In this document: positions 38,036 through 46,829 of the stretch, piece after piece
Position numbering within the stretch: position 1 is the stretch's first letter
Layout: the number at the start of each line of letters is the position of its first letter
NCBI GenBank assembly: GCA_934792465.1
Contig: CAKVOK010000010.1
Span: forward strand, 3,426 to 67,425
Direction: 5' to 3'
Length of the DNA: 64,000 nt
Source: an uncultured Clostridia bacterium
GTDB taxonomy: Bacteria; Bacillota; Clostridia; RUG12999
Made by a program: the position numbers and the translations under genes
The notes under the pieces: generated by a model
Seen by the model: the letters and a program-made list of their open reading frames with translations, nothing else
Database searches by the model: none
What the model was told of the DNA's origin: nothing

Positions 38036-39386
38036 ATCGGAATTTCTGGATGCGGTGTGCGCCGAGGTGAAATGCCGTGAAGCGCATAAATATATAAGGA
38101 ATGAGCTTTCCGCACATATCGAAGAAGCGGAGGAGGAATACATAAAAAACGGGAGTGACAGGGAAACGGCTATGGCAAAAGCCGTAAAAGGCATGGGCAG
38201 TCCGGCGGAGATAGGGAAGTCGCTCGACAGGGAACACAGGATGAAACCGGAAATATCAATAATGCTGCTAACTCTTGTTTTTGCGGTAATCGGCCTTGCC
38301 GCTATGTTTGCAAGCAGAGGTTACGGTGTTTTCAGTTTCGGGAAATACGTGATTTCTGCGATAATCGGTATTCTTGCACTTGTCGGAACATATTTTTTCG
38401 ACTATACGAAAATTGAAAAACACAGCTTTAAGATATACGCCGTTTCTCTTTGTATTTTATATATAATGGCATTCGGCGGAGCGGCATACAACGGGGTGCG
38501 CAGGTTTTTGAATATCGGATTCTTGAGTATATCCTCCGAATCGGCGTTTATTATGTTTACGCTTTCGTTTCCGGGTATGATAAAAAGATTCAGGGGAAAA
38601 GGTATTATAGGAATGATTATGCTTTCGGCGCTTGCGCTGATTTTCGTTATACCGATTTTACTGATGCCGGACATGAAGACAACGATGGTAATATATATGG
38701 CATTTTTGACAGTTATGACATCATGCGTGCTGAAAGGATATTTTGGTGAAAATATAGGGCGCAATGCGTTTATTTTCGACGGAATGAATTTGATATGCAT
38801 TGCGGCGGCAGTCATATCGGCATCAGAAAGGATTTCATATAGGATTGCGGCAAGTCGTGATGTAAGGGGATGCGGCTGGCAGCAACACATGGCGCAGTTT
38901 TGGCTCGATGCTTCAAAATGGTTCGGAAAAACAGACGCATTGTACAAAGGAGCCGGGATAGAAAAAACGTTACCGGCATCTGCAACGGATTTTATGTTTG
39001 TGAATGTTTCGGCCGTATTGGGCAGAGCGGCGGCTCTTCTTATCGTTGCCGCAGCCGTTGTATTTATAATAAGAATATTTATGTCGGCATTTAAAATCAA
39101 GAATCGCTACGGGTTTGCACTGTCGATTTGTGCGTGTACGATGCTGGCGGTACAGTTCGTTATAGGTATTTTAGTCAATCTCGGTTTGATTCCGGTGGTG
39201 TCGGCGGGGATTCCGTTCATATCATACGGCGGCACGGGATATGTCACGAATATGATACTTACGGGGATAATTCTTTCGGTATGGCGCAGAAACAGCGTTG
39301 CTGCGGAAATGACGGAAAGTACGAAAAAACGTAGTTTTATTTATTTTGAGAATAAGAAGCTGATTATTGATTTCGGCAGTCATTAA
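38028..39386 (+). CDS. Membrane protein fusing a PadR-associated (HAAS/DUF1700-like) N-terminal domain to a SEDS (FtsW/RodA/SpoVE-like) transmembrane domain
   Basis: N-terminus ..EFLDAVCAEVKCREAHKYIRNELSAHIEEAEEEYIKNGSDRETAMAKAVKGMGSPAEIGKSL.. follows the HAAS pattern (EFL..L...L...E..DYEEH......G.SEEE....LG.P..IA). The C-terminal TM region carries SEDS motifs ..ATDFMFVNVSAVLG.. and ..NLGLIPVVSAGIPFISYGGTG.. Confidence 0.6.
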   Translation: MNKSEFLDAVCAEVKCREAHKYIRNELSAHIEEAEEEYIKNGSDRETAMAKAVKGMGSPAEIGKSLDREHRMKPEISIMLLTLVFAVIGLAAMFASRGYGVFSFGKYVISAIIGILALVGTYFFDYTKIEKHSFKIYAVSLCILYIMAFGGAAYNGVRRFLNIGFLSISSESAFIMFTLSFPGMIKRFRGKGIIGMIMLSALALIFVIPILLMPDMKTTMVIYMAFLTVMTSCVLKGYFGENIGRNAFIFDGMNLICIAAAVISASERISYRIAASRDVRGCGWQQHMAQFWLDASKWFGKTDALYKGAGIEKTLPASATDFMFVNVSAVLGRAAALLIVAAAVVFIIRIFMSAFKIKNRYGFALSICACTMLAVQFVIGILVNLGLIPVVSAGIPFISYGGTGYVTNMILTGIILSVWRRNSVAAEMTESTKKRSFIYFENKKLIIDFGSH

Positions 39387-39757
39387 GTAAATTCGGCGGG
39401 CAGGCGTTCGCAGCGGAGTCCTCTCTCGCTGCAGAAGGTATCACGTGCGCATTTTAAATATCTGTATATCGTCATTTCGGAACAGAACAGCTCGTCTGCG
39501 GCAAGAAATACATTTTGTGATATTTCATTCTTTTTAAAATCGGAGGCGTTTCTTTTGCAGTATACAAGCTTAACGGCTTTTGCAATATCGCTTCCGTTTT
39601 TCTTTTTCTTCAATATCTCAAACGTTCGCTTGACGGCGTTGTAATCTGTGCGCAAGGATTGATATTTGTCATTATTCAGCATATTTTCGTTTCTTTTCAG
39701 AGTTTCGTAAAGCCTGAAACAGTCAACGGCATAATCTCTTACGGCATTCTTTTTCAT
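39383..39757 (-). CDS. Hypothetical small protein with a C-terminal HTH-like segment
   Basis: 124 aa. ..FLAADELFCSEMTIYRYLKCARDTF.. resembles a sigma-region-4/ArpU-like HTH. It is convergent with, and overlaps by 4 nt, the SEDS-fusion gene. Confidence 0.4.
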   Translation of the reverse strand: MKKNAVRDYAVDCFRLYETLKRNENMLNNDKYQSLRTDYNAVKRTFEILKKKKNGSDIAKAVKLVYCKRNASDFKKNEISQNVFLAADELFCSEMTIYRYLKCARDTFCSERGLRCERLPAEFT

Positions 39758-39914
39758 AAAGTGTCCTCCTTTTTTGTTTTCATTATTATAACATAAAGTG
39801 ATAAAAAAATCAATACGCTGTCAAAAAAATAATGATTTGTTGTTATTTTGCATAATTCAGATATGTAAAACCCTGACAATTATATAATTTGTAACAAAAG
39901 TTATATAATTATAT

Positions 39915-39943
39915 TGACAAATTAATAAGTCTGATGTATAATG
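39915..39943 (+). promoter_or_regulatory. Consensus promoter for the RHH-protein/clpB transcription unit
   Basis: TTGACA, 17 nt, TATAAT. Confidence 0.5.
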
Positions 39944-39974
39944 TAGTAAAGAAAGAAAAAAAGAGGTACTTGAA

Positions 39975-40577
39975 ATGGGTAAGAGTGTGTACAGCATAGT
40001 TTTGTCGGACGATGTTGTCAGAGAAGTTGATAACAAAGCGTATCAGCTGAATACAAGCCGTTCGGCATTGGTAAACAAAATATTGGCGGCACAGCTCGGC
40101 TGCGAAACGCCGGAACAAAAAATGCAGGATATATTTGAATATATCGGCGAAAGCCTTTCGGGTGCTTTCAAAATAATTAACCAAGCTTCAAGCTCAATGT
40201 TTTCGCTTGCCAGCCCGGTAAGATTCAAATACCGCCCTGTGGCGAAGTATTTGATAGAGCTTACGGGAGCGGGCGGAAGAATACGTGTGGAGTTCAGAAC
40301 AAGCAGTGCGGAATTTATAAATTATTTGAATATATTTTACGAATTTTTCGCAAGACTTGAAAACACGTATCTCAGGGATATAAAAATCCGATTCGGCGGC
40401 GGCAAATTCATACGTGAGTTTAAGACGGCGGACGGTGAAAAAATCACAGAATATATAAGAATGTTTGATGAAAGTATCAAAACGTTTTTTGAACATATCG
40501 ACTGCCCGAACGAAGCAATGCATATGATAGAAAACAACTATAAACAGTATATATTAAAGGAAAATAACCTTCTGTAG
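39975..40577 (+). CDS. Hypothetical protein with an N-terminal ribbon-helix-helix-like DNA-binding domain
   Basis: N-terminus [41 protein letters not shown] looks like a CopG/Arc-type RHH. About 150 aa of unknown C-terminal domain follow. It ends 18 nt before clpB. Confidence 0.5.
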   Translation: MGKSVYSIVLSDDVVREVDNKAYQLNTSRSALVNKILAAQLGCETPEQKMQDIFEYIGESLSGAFKIINQASSSMFSLASPVRFKYRPVAKYLIELTGAGGRIRVEFRTSSAEFINYLNIFYEFFARLENTYLRDIKIRFGGGKFIREFKTADGEKITEYIRMFDESIKTFFEHIDCPNEAMHMIENNYKQYILKENNLL

Positions 40578-40594
40578 AGAGGAATGAGAAAATA

Positions 40595-43171
40595 ATGAAT
40601 GCACAAAAATTAACACAGAAATCAATAGAAGCCATAAATGCGGCGCAGTCTGCCGCATCGGAAAACCAGAATCCGCAGGTTACGCAGCAGCACTTGCTGT
40701 ATGCGTTTTTATCCGATGAAAACGGACTTATTTCGCAAATTTTAAAGAAGCTTACAAATGCCGATGTTAAGGCTGCGGCGCTTAACGAAATAAACAAGCT
40801 GCCGAGAGTGAGCGGAGGTCAGCTTTATATTTCTCCGGAGCTTGAAGCGTCGTTCAATATTGCCGAAAAACAGGCAGAGAAAATGAAAGACGAATATGTT
40901 TCGGTAGAACATCTTTTCATAGGACTTCTGGAGCGTCCGTGCCCCGAGGTTAAAAGGATATTCGACAGCTGCGGAATAAGGAAAAACGACTTTATGAAAA
41001 CACTTGCCGAAGTCAGAGGTTCCGCACGTGTGACGGGAACAAATCCCGAAGAAACATACGATGTGCTTAAAAAATACGGCAGCGACCTTGTAGAGCTTGC
41101 AAGAAACAAAAAGCTTGACCCTGTTATCGGACGTGATAACGAGATACGAAACGTAATCAGAATTTTGTCGAGAAAGACGAAGAACAACCCGGTGCTTATC
41201 GGTGAACCGGGCGTAGGTAAAACGGCGATTGCCGAGGGACTTGCGCTCCGTATCGTCAGAGGCGATGTTCCGGCAAGCTTAAAAGACAGAAAAATATTCT
41301 CGCTCGATATAGGCTCGCTTATTGCCGGCGCAAAATACAGGGGCGAATTTGAGGAAAGGCTCAAAGCCGTACTTGCGGAAATCAAGAAAAGCGAAGGTCA
41401 GATTATATTGTTCATAGATGAGCTGCACACGATAGTCGGCGCAGGAAAAACAGACGGCGCCATGGACGCAGGCAATCTGCTGAAACCTATGCTCGCACGC
41501 GGTGAGCTGCATTGTATCGGTGCGACAACGCTCAACGAATACAGACAGTATATCGAAAAAGACGCTGCACTTGAAAGAAGATTCCAGCCTGTCATGGTTG
41601 ACGAACCTACCGTTGAAGATACAATCTCTATTTTGAGAGGTCTTAAAGAGCGTTACGAGGTGTATCACGGCGTAAAAATCCAGGACGGCGCACTTATTGC
41701 GGCGGCTACACTCTCGAACAGATACATTTCGGACAGATTTTTGCCGGATAAGGCAATCGACCTTGTTGATGAAGCTTGTGCGCTTATAAGAACGGAAATG
41801 GATTCCATGCCTACGGAAATGGACGATATTTCAAGGAAGATAATGCAGCACGAGATAGAAGAAACTGCGCTGAAAAAGGAAACCGACAAGCTTTCACAGG
41901 AGCATTTGAAAGAGATTCAGGCAGAAATTGCCGTTATGAAAGATAAGTTCAATGCCATGAAAGCTAAATGGGAAAACGAAAAGAACGCTATCAACAAGGT
42001 GCAGACTCTGCGTGCGAAAATCGAGCAGGTTAATGCGGATATAGAAAAAGCGCAGATGAAATACGATCTTGAAGAAGCTTCAAAACTGAAATACGGTACG
42101 CTTCCTCAGCTTCAAAAAGAACTGGAGGAGGAAGAGAAGCTTGCGGACGAAAATATGAATTCGTCACTTTTGAGAGATAAAGTAACGGAAGAAGAAATTT
42201 CGAGAATCGTTTCAAGATGGACGGGTATACCGGTTGCAAAGCTTATGGAGGGCGAGCGTGAGAAGCTTCTGAATCTTGAAAGCGTGCTGCACAAACGTGT
42301 AATCGGTCAGGACGAAGCCGTAACAAAGGTTGCGGAAGCGATACTGCGTTCACGTGCCGGAATCAAAGACCCGAATCGTCCTATAGGTTCGTTCCTGTTT
42401 TTAGGTCCTACGGGCGTAGGTAAGACGGAGCTTGCAAAAGCACTTGCGGAAACGCTGTTTGACGATGAAAAGAACATCGTGCGTATAGATATGAGTGAAT
42501 ATATGGAGAAATACTCCGTATCCAGACTTATCGGAGCGCCTCCGGGATATGTAGGATATGACGAGGGCGGACAGCTTACGGAAGCCGTAAGACGTAAACC
42601 GTACAGCGTTGTGCTTTTCGATGAGGTTGAAAAGGCGCATCCCGATGTGTTTAACGTGATGCTCCAAGTGCTTGACGACGGCAGAATTACCGACAGCCAG
42701 GGACGTACCGTAGACTTCAAGAATACGATTATTATAATGACATCAAACCTCGGTTCGAGCAGCATACTGGAGGGTATTGACGATAAGGGACATATAAGCG
42801 AAGAAGCGAAAAATGCCGTAAACGCATTGCTCAAACAGAATTTCAGACCGGAGTTTTTGAACAGACTCGATGAGATAGTTCTTTATAAACCGCTTACGAA
42901 ACCTGAAATATCCAAGATTGTAGACTTGCTTCTCGGCGGACTTAAGAAACGTTTGGAGGACAAACGTCTTGATATTAAGCTCACCGATGCCGCAAAGAAT
43001 CTTATAATCGACAGCGCATACGACCCGGTATACGGTGCACGTCCGCTGAAAAGATATATTCAGCAGACGGTCGAAACGCTGATTGCCAAGGAGATTATCG
43101 GCGGAAATCTCGGACTTGACGAGGTTATCACGATTGATTCCGACGGCGAAAAGCTCTTTATTAAGAGATAA
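40595..43171 (+). CDS. clpB: ATP-dependent chaperone ClpB
   Basis: 858 aa with two AAA+ modules ([15 protein letters not shown]; [15 protein letters not shown]), a long middle coiled-coil and a ClpB-type N-domain. Confidence 0.9.
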   Translation: MNAQKLTQKSIEAINAAQSAASENQNPQVTQQHLLYAFLSDENGLISQILKKLTNADVKAAALNEINKLPRVSGGQLYISPELEASFNIAEKQAEKMKDEYVSVEHLFIGLLERPCPEVKRIFDSCGIRKNDFMKTLAEVRGSARVTGTNPEETYDVLKKYGSDLVELARNKKLDPVIGRDNEIRNVIRILSRKTKNNPVLIGEPGVGKTAIAEGLALRIVRGDVPASLKDRKIFSLDIGSLIAGAKYRGEFEERLKAVLAEIKKSEGQIILFIDELHTIVGAGKTDGAMDAGNLLKPMLARGELHCIGATTLNEYRQYIEKDAALERRFQPVMVDEPTVEDTISILRGLKERYEVYHGVKIQDGALIAAATLSNRYISDRFLPDKAIDLVDEACALIRTEMDSMPTEMDDISRKIMQHEIEETALKKETDKLSQEHLKEIQAEIAVMKDKFNAMKAKWENEKNAINKVQTLRAKIEQVNADIEKAQMKYDLEEASKLKYGTLPQLQKELEEEEKLADENMNSSLLRDKVTEEEISRIVSRWTGIPVAKLMEGEREKLLNLESVLHKRVIGQDEAVTKVAEAILRSRAGIKDPNRPIGSFLFLGPTGVGKTELAKALAETLFDDEKNIVRIDMSEYMEKYSVSRLIGAPPGYVGYDEGGQLTEAVRRKPYSVVLFDEVEKAHPDVFNVMLQVLDDGRITDSQGRTVDFKNTIIIMTSNLGSSSILEGIDDKGHISEEAKNAVNALLKQNFRPEFLNRLDEIVLYKPLTKPEISKIVDLLLGGLKKRLEDKRLDIKLTDAAKNLIIDSAYDPVYGARPLKRYIQQTVETLIAKEIIGGNLGLDEVITIDSDGEKLFIKR

Positions 43172-43177
43172 TATTTT

Positions 43178-43218
43178 GAGAGGGTACAACAAATTTTATT
43201 TTGCTGTACCCTCTTTTG
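43178..43218 (+). terminator. Terminator after clpB
   Basis: AGAGGGTACA ... TGTACCCTCT hairpin followed by TTTTGGGG. Confidence 0.55.
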
Positions 43219-43472
43219 GGGCTTTAGAAAAATAGTGCAGAATGGACAAACTGAGCAAAAGTAAGGCATCGTCCTTGCTTTTGGTACCCGAAGGCGTATG
43301 TGTATACGTCGAGAGGCGAAGTTTGTTCATAGCATAAAGCAATATTTATTTTAGAAATTCGTTCTTAAACGAATTTCAACATCTGTTTTAATTCATTTTG
43401 TGTATTTGGGTATTATCAATTATACTATTATATCGGTATTTTCTTGCTTTATGCGGTCTGTGCATTTTGCCT

Positions 43473-44930
43473 TTATTCTCGTACACATTTGCAGATGATA
43501 TGTTTGATTTTGTCTGTTGAAAAAGGAATTTGATTGACGTTGAAATCGCCGATTTCCACTACGGTAGCGACGGTTTCTGTGTTGTCGTCGCCTGTCGGGA
43601 CAAGTACGGAATCGCCGACTTTTATGCTTTCATCGTCCGTCAGATAGCGATATTTTTTCTCGCCGAAATCAAAAGCCACGCTGCACATTATATATTCGGA
43701 TTTTCTGCGTTTTGCCTTGTCATAATTGAATATATCGCTTGAATTATGTGATTTTACAGACTTCGACAGGGCTTTTATAAAATAATCAAACCCTTTCGGA
43801 AGACCGGCTTTGTCAAAAGAGCCGGAAATCGTGTATGCCGGCTTGTTTTCGTAATCGACAGTGATTGTATAAGACCTTGTTTTGCCGGTATTGTCGCAGT
43901 GTGTCGGAGTGCCGTCGAAAAGTATTTCATTGCCAAAACGGTCAAATAAATCTTGTACGCATTTAGCATCTTCGTATTTATGAAAAGCTTTGCAACCCGT
44001 TCCGGAATCGAGAGTATGTTCGATTGTACCGTTTTTGCGGTCGATAATCAGATGTTCGGTCGAGGTTATATCGGAAAGCTTCCATTTGCCGCCGTTTTGC
44101 ACCGTAAGCTTTTCGATTTTTGTATAATCCAAGGTGATTTTGTTTATTACATCGGCTTTGAAATTCCCGTCGAACAAATAAAGACTTTCCATGCCGAGGA
44201 TTTCTCGTAAGCTGTCTGACAAATCCTTGAAATCATTGTTTAAAGGACCTTGAAATTTATATGTTATATCGTCATTGTCGGTAAGCTCGAGCTGCCAGTT
44301 GTCAATATCCGATGAAAATACATTGCTGTATTTGCCGATGAAACGTGATGTCAAAATTTCAAATAAACGCTCTGATGCCGCATTGTCTATATTAAAGTTT
44401 TTTACTCTCGCCTTTTCGTAGTTTTCGCCGTATCGGTTAGAGGTGCAGCCGTCGAAATATACGCTGCCGCCTTTGTCAATTGCGATATGCTGAACAATCT
44501 TGATATTCGGAGAGTGGGAATGAAGGTTTGAAACAATGCGAATCGTCTTCAGATTGCCATGAAAAGCGGTTATATTGTCCTCCGTGAGTGCCGCAAGTCT
44601 GAAAAGTGCAAGAGCAAACCATGCACGGTTTTCAAAGGATACAATCTCGGAGGCTGTGCTGTGTGCAAAAGACTTCCATTGAGAATGTATCGCCGACCCA
44701 AGCAGCTGTATATCCGTTACACTGTTTATGATTTCATAAAGCTTGGTGTATTTTGCGGCGTCATGTCCGTATTTTTGAAAGAAGGAATGTCCGTAGTCTG
44801 CGGTAAATCCGATAGCGTCGCATTCGTTCGCCGGCCGATTGTCGGTTAATTCTTCATACCCGGTATCGGGGTTGCGGAATTTGTCGCACCACTTTACGGC
44901 AAAATCGTGTATTTGTTTCATATCTGCCAT
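43473..44930 (-). CDS. Hypothetical 485-aa protein (no recognisable family)
   Basis: A long ORF 30 nt downstream of an XRE regulator on the same strand, with a terminator hairpin (GAAATTCGTT/AACGAATTTC) after its stop. No P-loop, nuclease or other motifs were recognised. Confidence 0.5.
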   Translation of the reverse strand: MADMKQIHDFAVKWCDKFRNPDTGYEELTDNRPANECDAIGFTADYGHSFFQKYGHDAAKYTKLYEIINSVTDIQLLGSAIHSQWKSFAHSTASEIVSFENRAWFALALFRLAALTEDNITAFHGNLKTIRIVSNLHSHSPNIKIVQHIAIDKGGSVYFDGCTSNRYGENYEKARVKNFNIDNAASERLFEILTSRFIGKYSNVFSSDIDNWQLELTDNDDITYKFQGPLNNDFKDLSDSLREILGMESLYLFDGNFKADVINKITLDYTKIEKLTVQNGGKWKLSDITSTEHLIIDRKNGTIEHTLDSGTGCKAFHKYEDAKCVQDLFDRFGNEILFDGTPTHCDNTGKTRSYTITVDYENKPAYTISGSFDKAGLPKGFDYFIKALSKSVKSHNSSDIFNYDKAKRRKSEYIMCSVAFDFGEKKYRYLTDDESIKVGDSVLVPTGDDNTETVATVVEIGDFNVNQIPFSTDKIKHIICKCVRE

Positions 44931-44960
44931 ATTTATACATTCCTTTCTTTTGTATTCTTA

Positions 44961-45275
44961 TTACTTGGTATTCTCAAGTCCGAGTAAAATGTTTACGGCA
45001 CGCTGCAAATCGGAATGTTCGTGGTATGCCGATATGAGTTTTCTTTCCTGTGATGTTAATTCATTCTTGTCGAGATGAATATCGAGAAGTTCGCTCGGAG
45101 ATACGTTCAGGGCGATGCATATGCCGGAGAGTAAATCGACGTCCGGCCGGTTAAGGCCTTGTTCCCAATTTGATACACGGCTGCTTGATACTCCTATTTT
45201 TTCGGCAAGTTGTTTTTGTGACATATTGTTTTCCTTGCGATATTTACATATCCGCTTGCCAATCTCATAGCTCAT
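44961..45275 (-). CDS. XRE-family HTH transcriptional regulator
   Basis: ..MSQKQLAEKIGVSSSRVSNWEQGLNRPDVDLLSGICIALNVSPSELL.. RBS GAGGAG 8 nt upstream of ATG 45275. Confidence 0.8.
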   Translation of the reverse strand: MSYEIGKRICKYRKENNMSQKQLAEKIGVSSSRVSNWEQGLNRPDVDLLSGICIALNVSPSELLDIHLDKNELTSQERKLISAYHEHSDLQRAVNILLGLENTK

Positions 45276-45332
45276 TAACATCACTCCTCATATTTTAGTA
45301 TATCAAAAATTCTCTAAAAAGTCAATGAAACT

Positions 45333-45383
45333 ACAAAATTTTGTGAAAAAAACCTTGACAAAACAGGAAAACTGTTGTATAAT
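45333..45383. promoter_or_regulatory. Divergent XRE promoters with two palindromic operator candidates
   Basis: ACAAAATTTTGT (45333-45344). TTGACA (45355) -17- TATAAT (45378) with AACAG-GAAAA-CTGTT (45362-45376) inside the spacer. The minus-strand promoter is TTGACT, 16 nt, TATACT at 45325 to 45298. Confidence 0.5.
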
Positions 45384-45432
45384 GAAAATATAACAGAAAT
45401 GCTGTTTTGTGTAAAGAGGGGGGTTGCACCTT

Positions 45433-45642
45433 ATGCGTGTATATGAAAAAGTAAAAGAATACATAAAAAAACACGGAATTAAACAAACGGCAATAGCAAA
45501 GAAATGCGGAATGGAACCAAGCACACTAAGCTCTATATTGAACGGGAAGCGCAAGATGTATGCGGACGATTTAAAAGCGATTTGTTTTGCGCTGAACGTC
45601 AGTCCGGAAATATTTGTTGATTTTGAAAAAAAGAGTGCCTGA
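45433..45642 (+). CDS. XRE-family (Cro/CI-type) HTH regulator
   Basis: ..IKQTAIAKKCGMEPSTLSSILNGKRKMYADDLKAICFALNVSPEIF.. RBS AGAGGGGGG. The track's TTG start at 45424 is rejected. Confidence 0.75.
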   Translation: MRVYEKVKEYIKKHGIKQTAIAKKCGMEPSTLSSILNGKRKMYADDLKAICFALNVSPEIFVDFEKKSA

Positions 45643-45655
45643 GGGGGAATGAAAA

Positions 45656-46183
45656 ATGAATAAATATTGCAGCAAATGCGGGAAGCCTGTAGAAGACGGC
45701 AGCTCCTTTTGCAAAAACTGCGGTGCGAAAATACCATATGAATCAAACTTTGCTTATGCCGGCGAGTATTATGTACCGTACAGAAAAACGCCTACGCAGA
45801 CGCTTGCGGACAGGGAAAGAGCCTCTGCTGTTGTATGGACTGTTGTGGCAGGCTTGCAGGGGATTATAGCCTTGCTGACGATAAGCGAATTGTCATTGAT
45901 CGGAAGCCTTATAGGAATACCTCTTGCATGGGGTGGGTTGCTTATGTTGGCACTTGCTTCATACAATGCGTACGGTGCGTATTGTTCTTTCAGACGTGTG
46001 AAGCGTGTTTTGGAACGCAGACGGGGGATTGTATGGGAATACGATAAAATGCTGGTAACAAGCATCGTGTTTATTGTTTTGAATGTAATCTTCGGAGCGG
46101 TAATAGGCGTAGCCGGAGCAGTATTTGATTTGTTCAACAGATATTATGCATTGAACAATGCACAGTATCTTGAGGATAATTGA
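45656..46183 (+). CDS. Zinc-ribbon (CxxC-x14-CxxC) membrane protein, paralog 1
   Basis: N-terminus YCSKCGKPVEDGSSFCKNCGAKI, then 3-4 TM helices. C-terminal motif NVIFGAVIGVAGAVFDLFNR. Confidence 0.65.
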   Translation: MNKYCSKCGKPVEDGSSFCKNCGAKIPYESNFAYAGEYYVPYRKTPTQTLADRERASAVVWTVVAGLQGIIALLTISELSLIGSLIGIPLAWGGLLMLALASYNAYGAYCSFRRVKRVLERRRGIVWEYDKMLVTSIVFIVLNVIFGAVIGVAGAVFDLFNRYYALNNAQYLEDN

Positions 46184-46211
46184 TATTAAAAACGAAAGGG
46201 GGTAAATAGAT

Positions 46212-46784
46212 ATGTTTTGTATGCATTGTGGGAAAGAACTGCTTGACGGCAGCAAATTTTGCAGAAATTGCGGAAAAGCCGTAGACGGCGAAAATGTAAA
46301 TCAGCAGCCGCAGAGTCAATACGGAAATCAAGTATATCAACCTGCATACCATCCGTATATTCCGCAGAAAAATATTGTTCAGCAGCTTTCGGCAAAGATA
46401 AAAACCGAAGCCGTTATATGGCTTGTGATAGCTTGTATTCAATATATTCTCGGCATCGTCAATATAGCGATCGGCGCAGACAGCTATGACGGAGAGTTTT
46501 TGATTACATACGGTATTTTCATTATTTTAATTGCTGTTATAAATACCGTTTCGAGTGTTCGTGATTTTACGTACAGCACACAGATTTTGAACGAGCCGGT
46601 AGGGATAATTGCAAAATACGAGCCTGTGGGAGGAGTTGTCGCAACTCTTATTTATAATATAATTTTCGGCGGAATAATAGGCGTTGCAGGTTCGGTTTAC
46701 GCTTTTATAATACGCAATTTTGTTTTATCAAACCAAATACAATTTGCGCAAATAGAGCAGCAGCATTCTACCCTGAGCAATTAA
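46212..46784 (+). CDS. Zinc-ribbon membrane protein, paralog 2
   Basis: MFCMHCGKELLDGSKFCRNCGK, a Q/Y/P-rich linker, TM helices, and C-terminal NIIFGGIIGVAGSVYAFIIRN matching the same motif in paralog 1. Confidence 0.65.
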   Translation: MFCMHCGKELLDGSKFCRNCGKAVDGENVNQQPQSQYGNQVYQPAYHPYIPQKNIVQQLSAKIKTEAVIWLVIACIQYILGIVNIAIGADSYDGEFLITYGIFIILIAVINTVSSVRDFTYSTQILNEPVGIIAKYEPVGGVVATLIYNIIFGGIIGVAGSVYAFIIRNFVLSNQIQFAQIEQQHSTLSN

Positions 46785-46829
46785 AAAGGCTTGTATCACA
46801 AATAAATATACGAAAGGTGGTAAATAATT

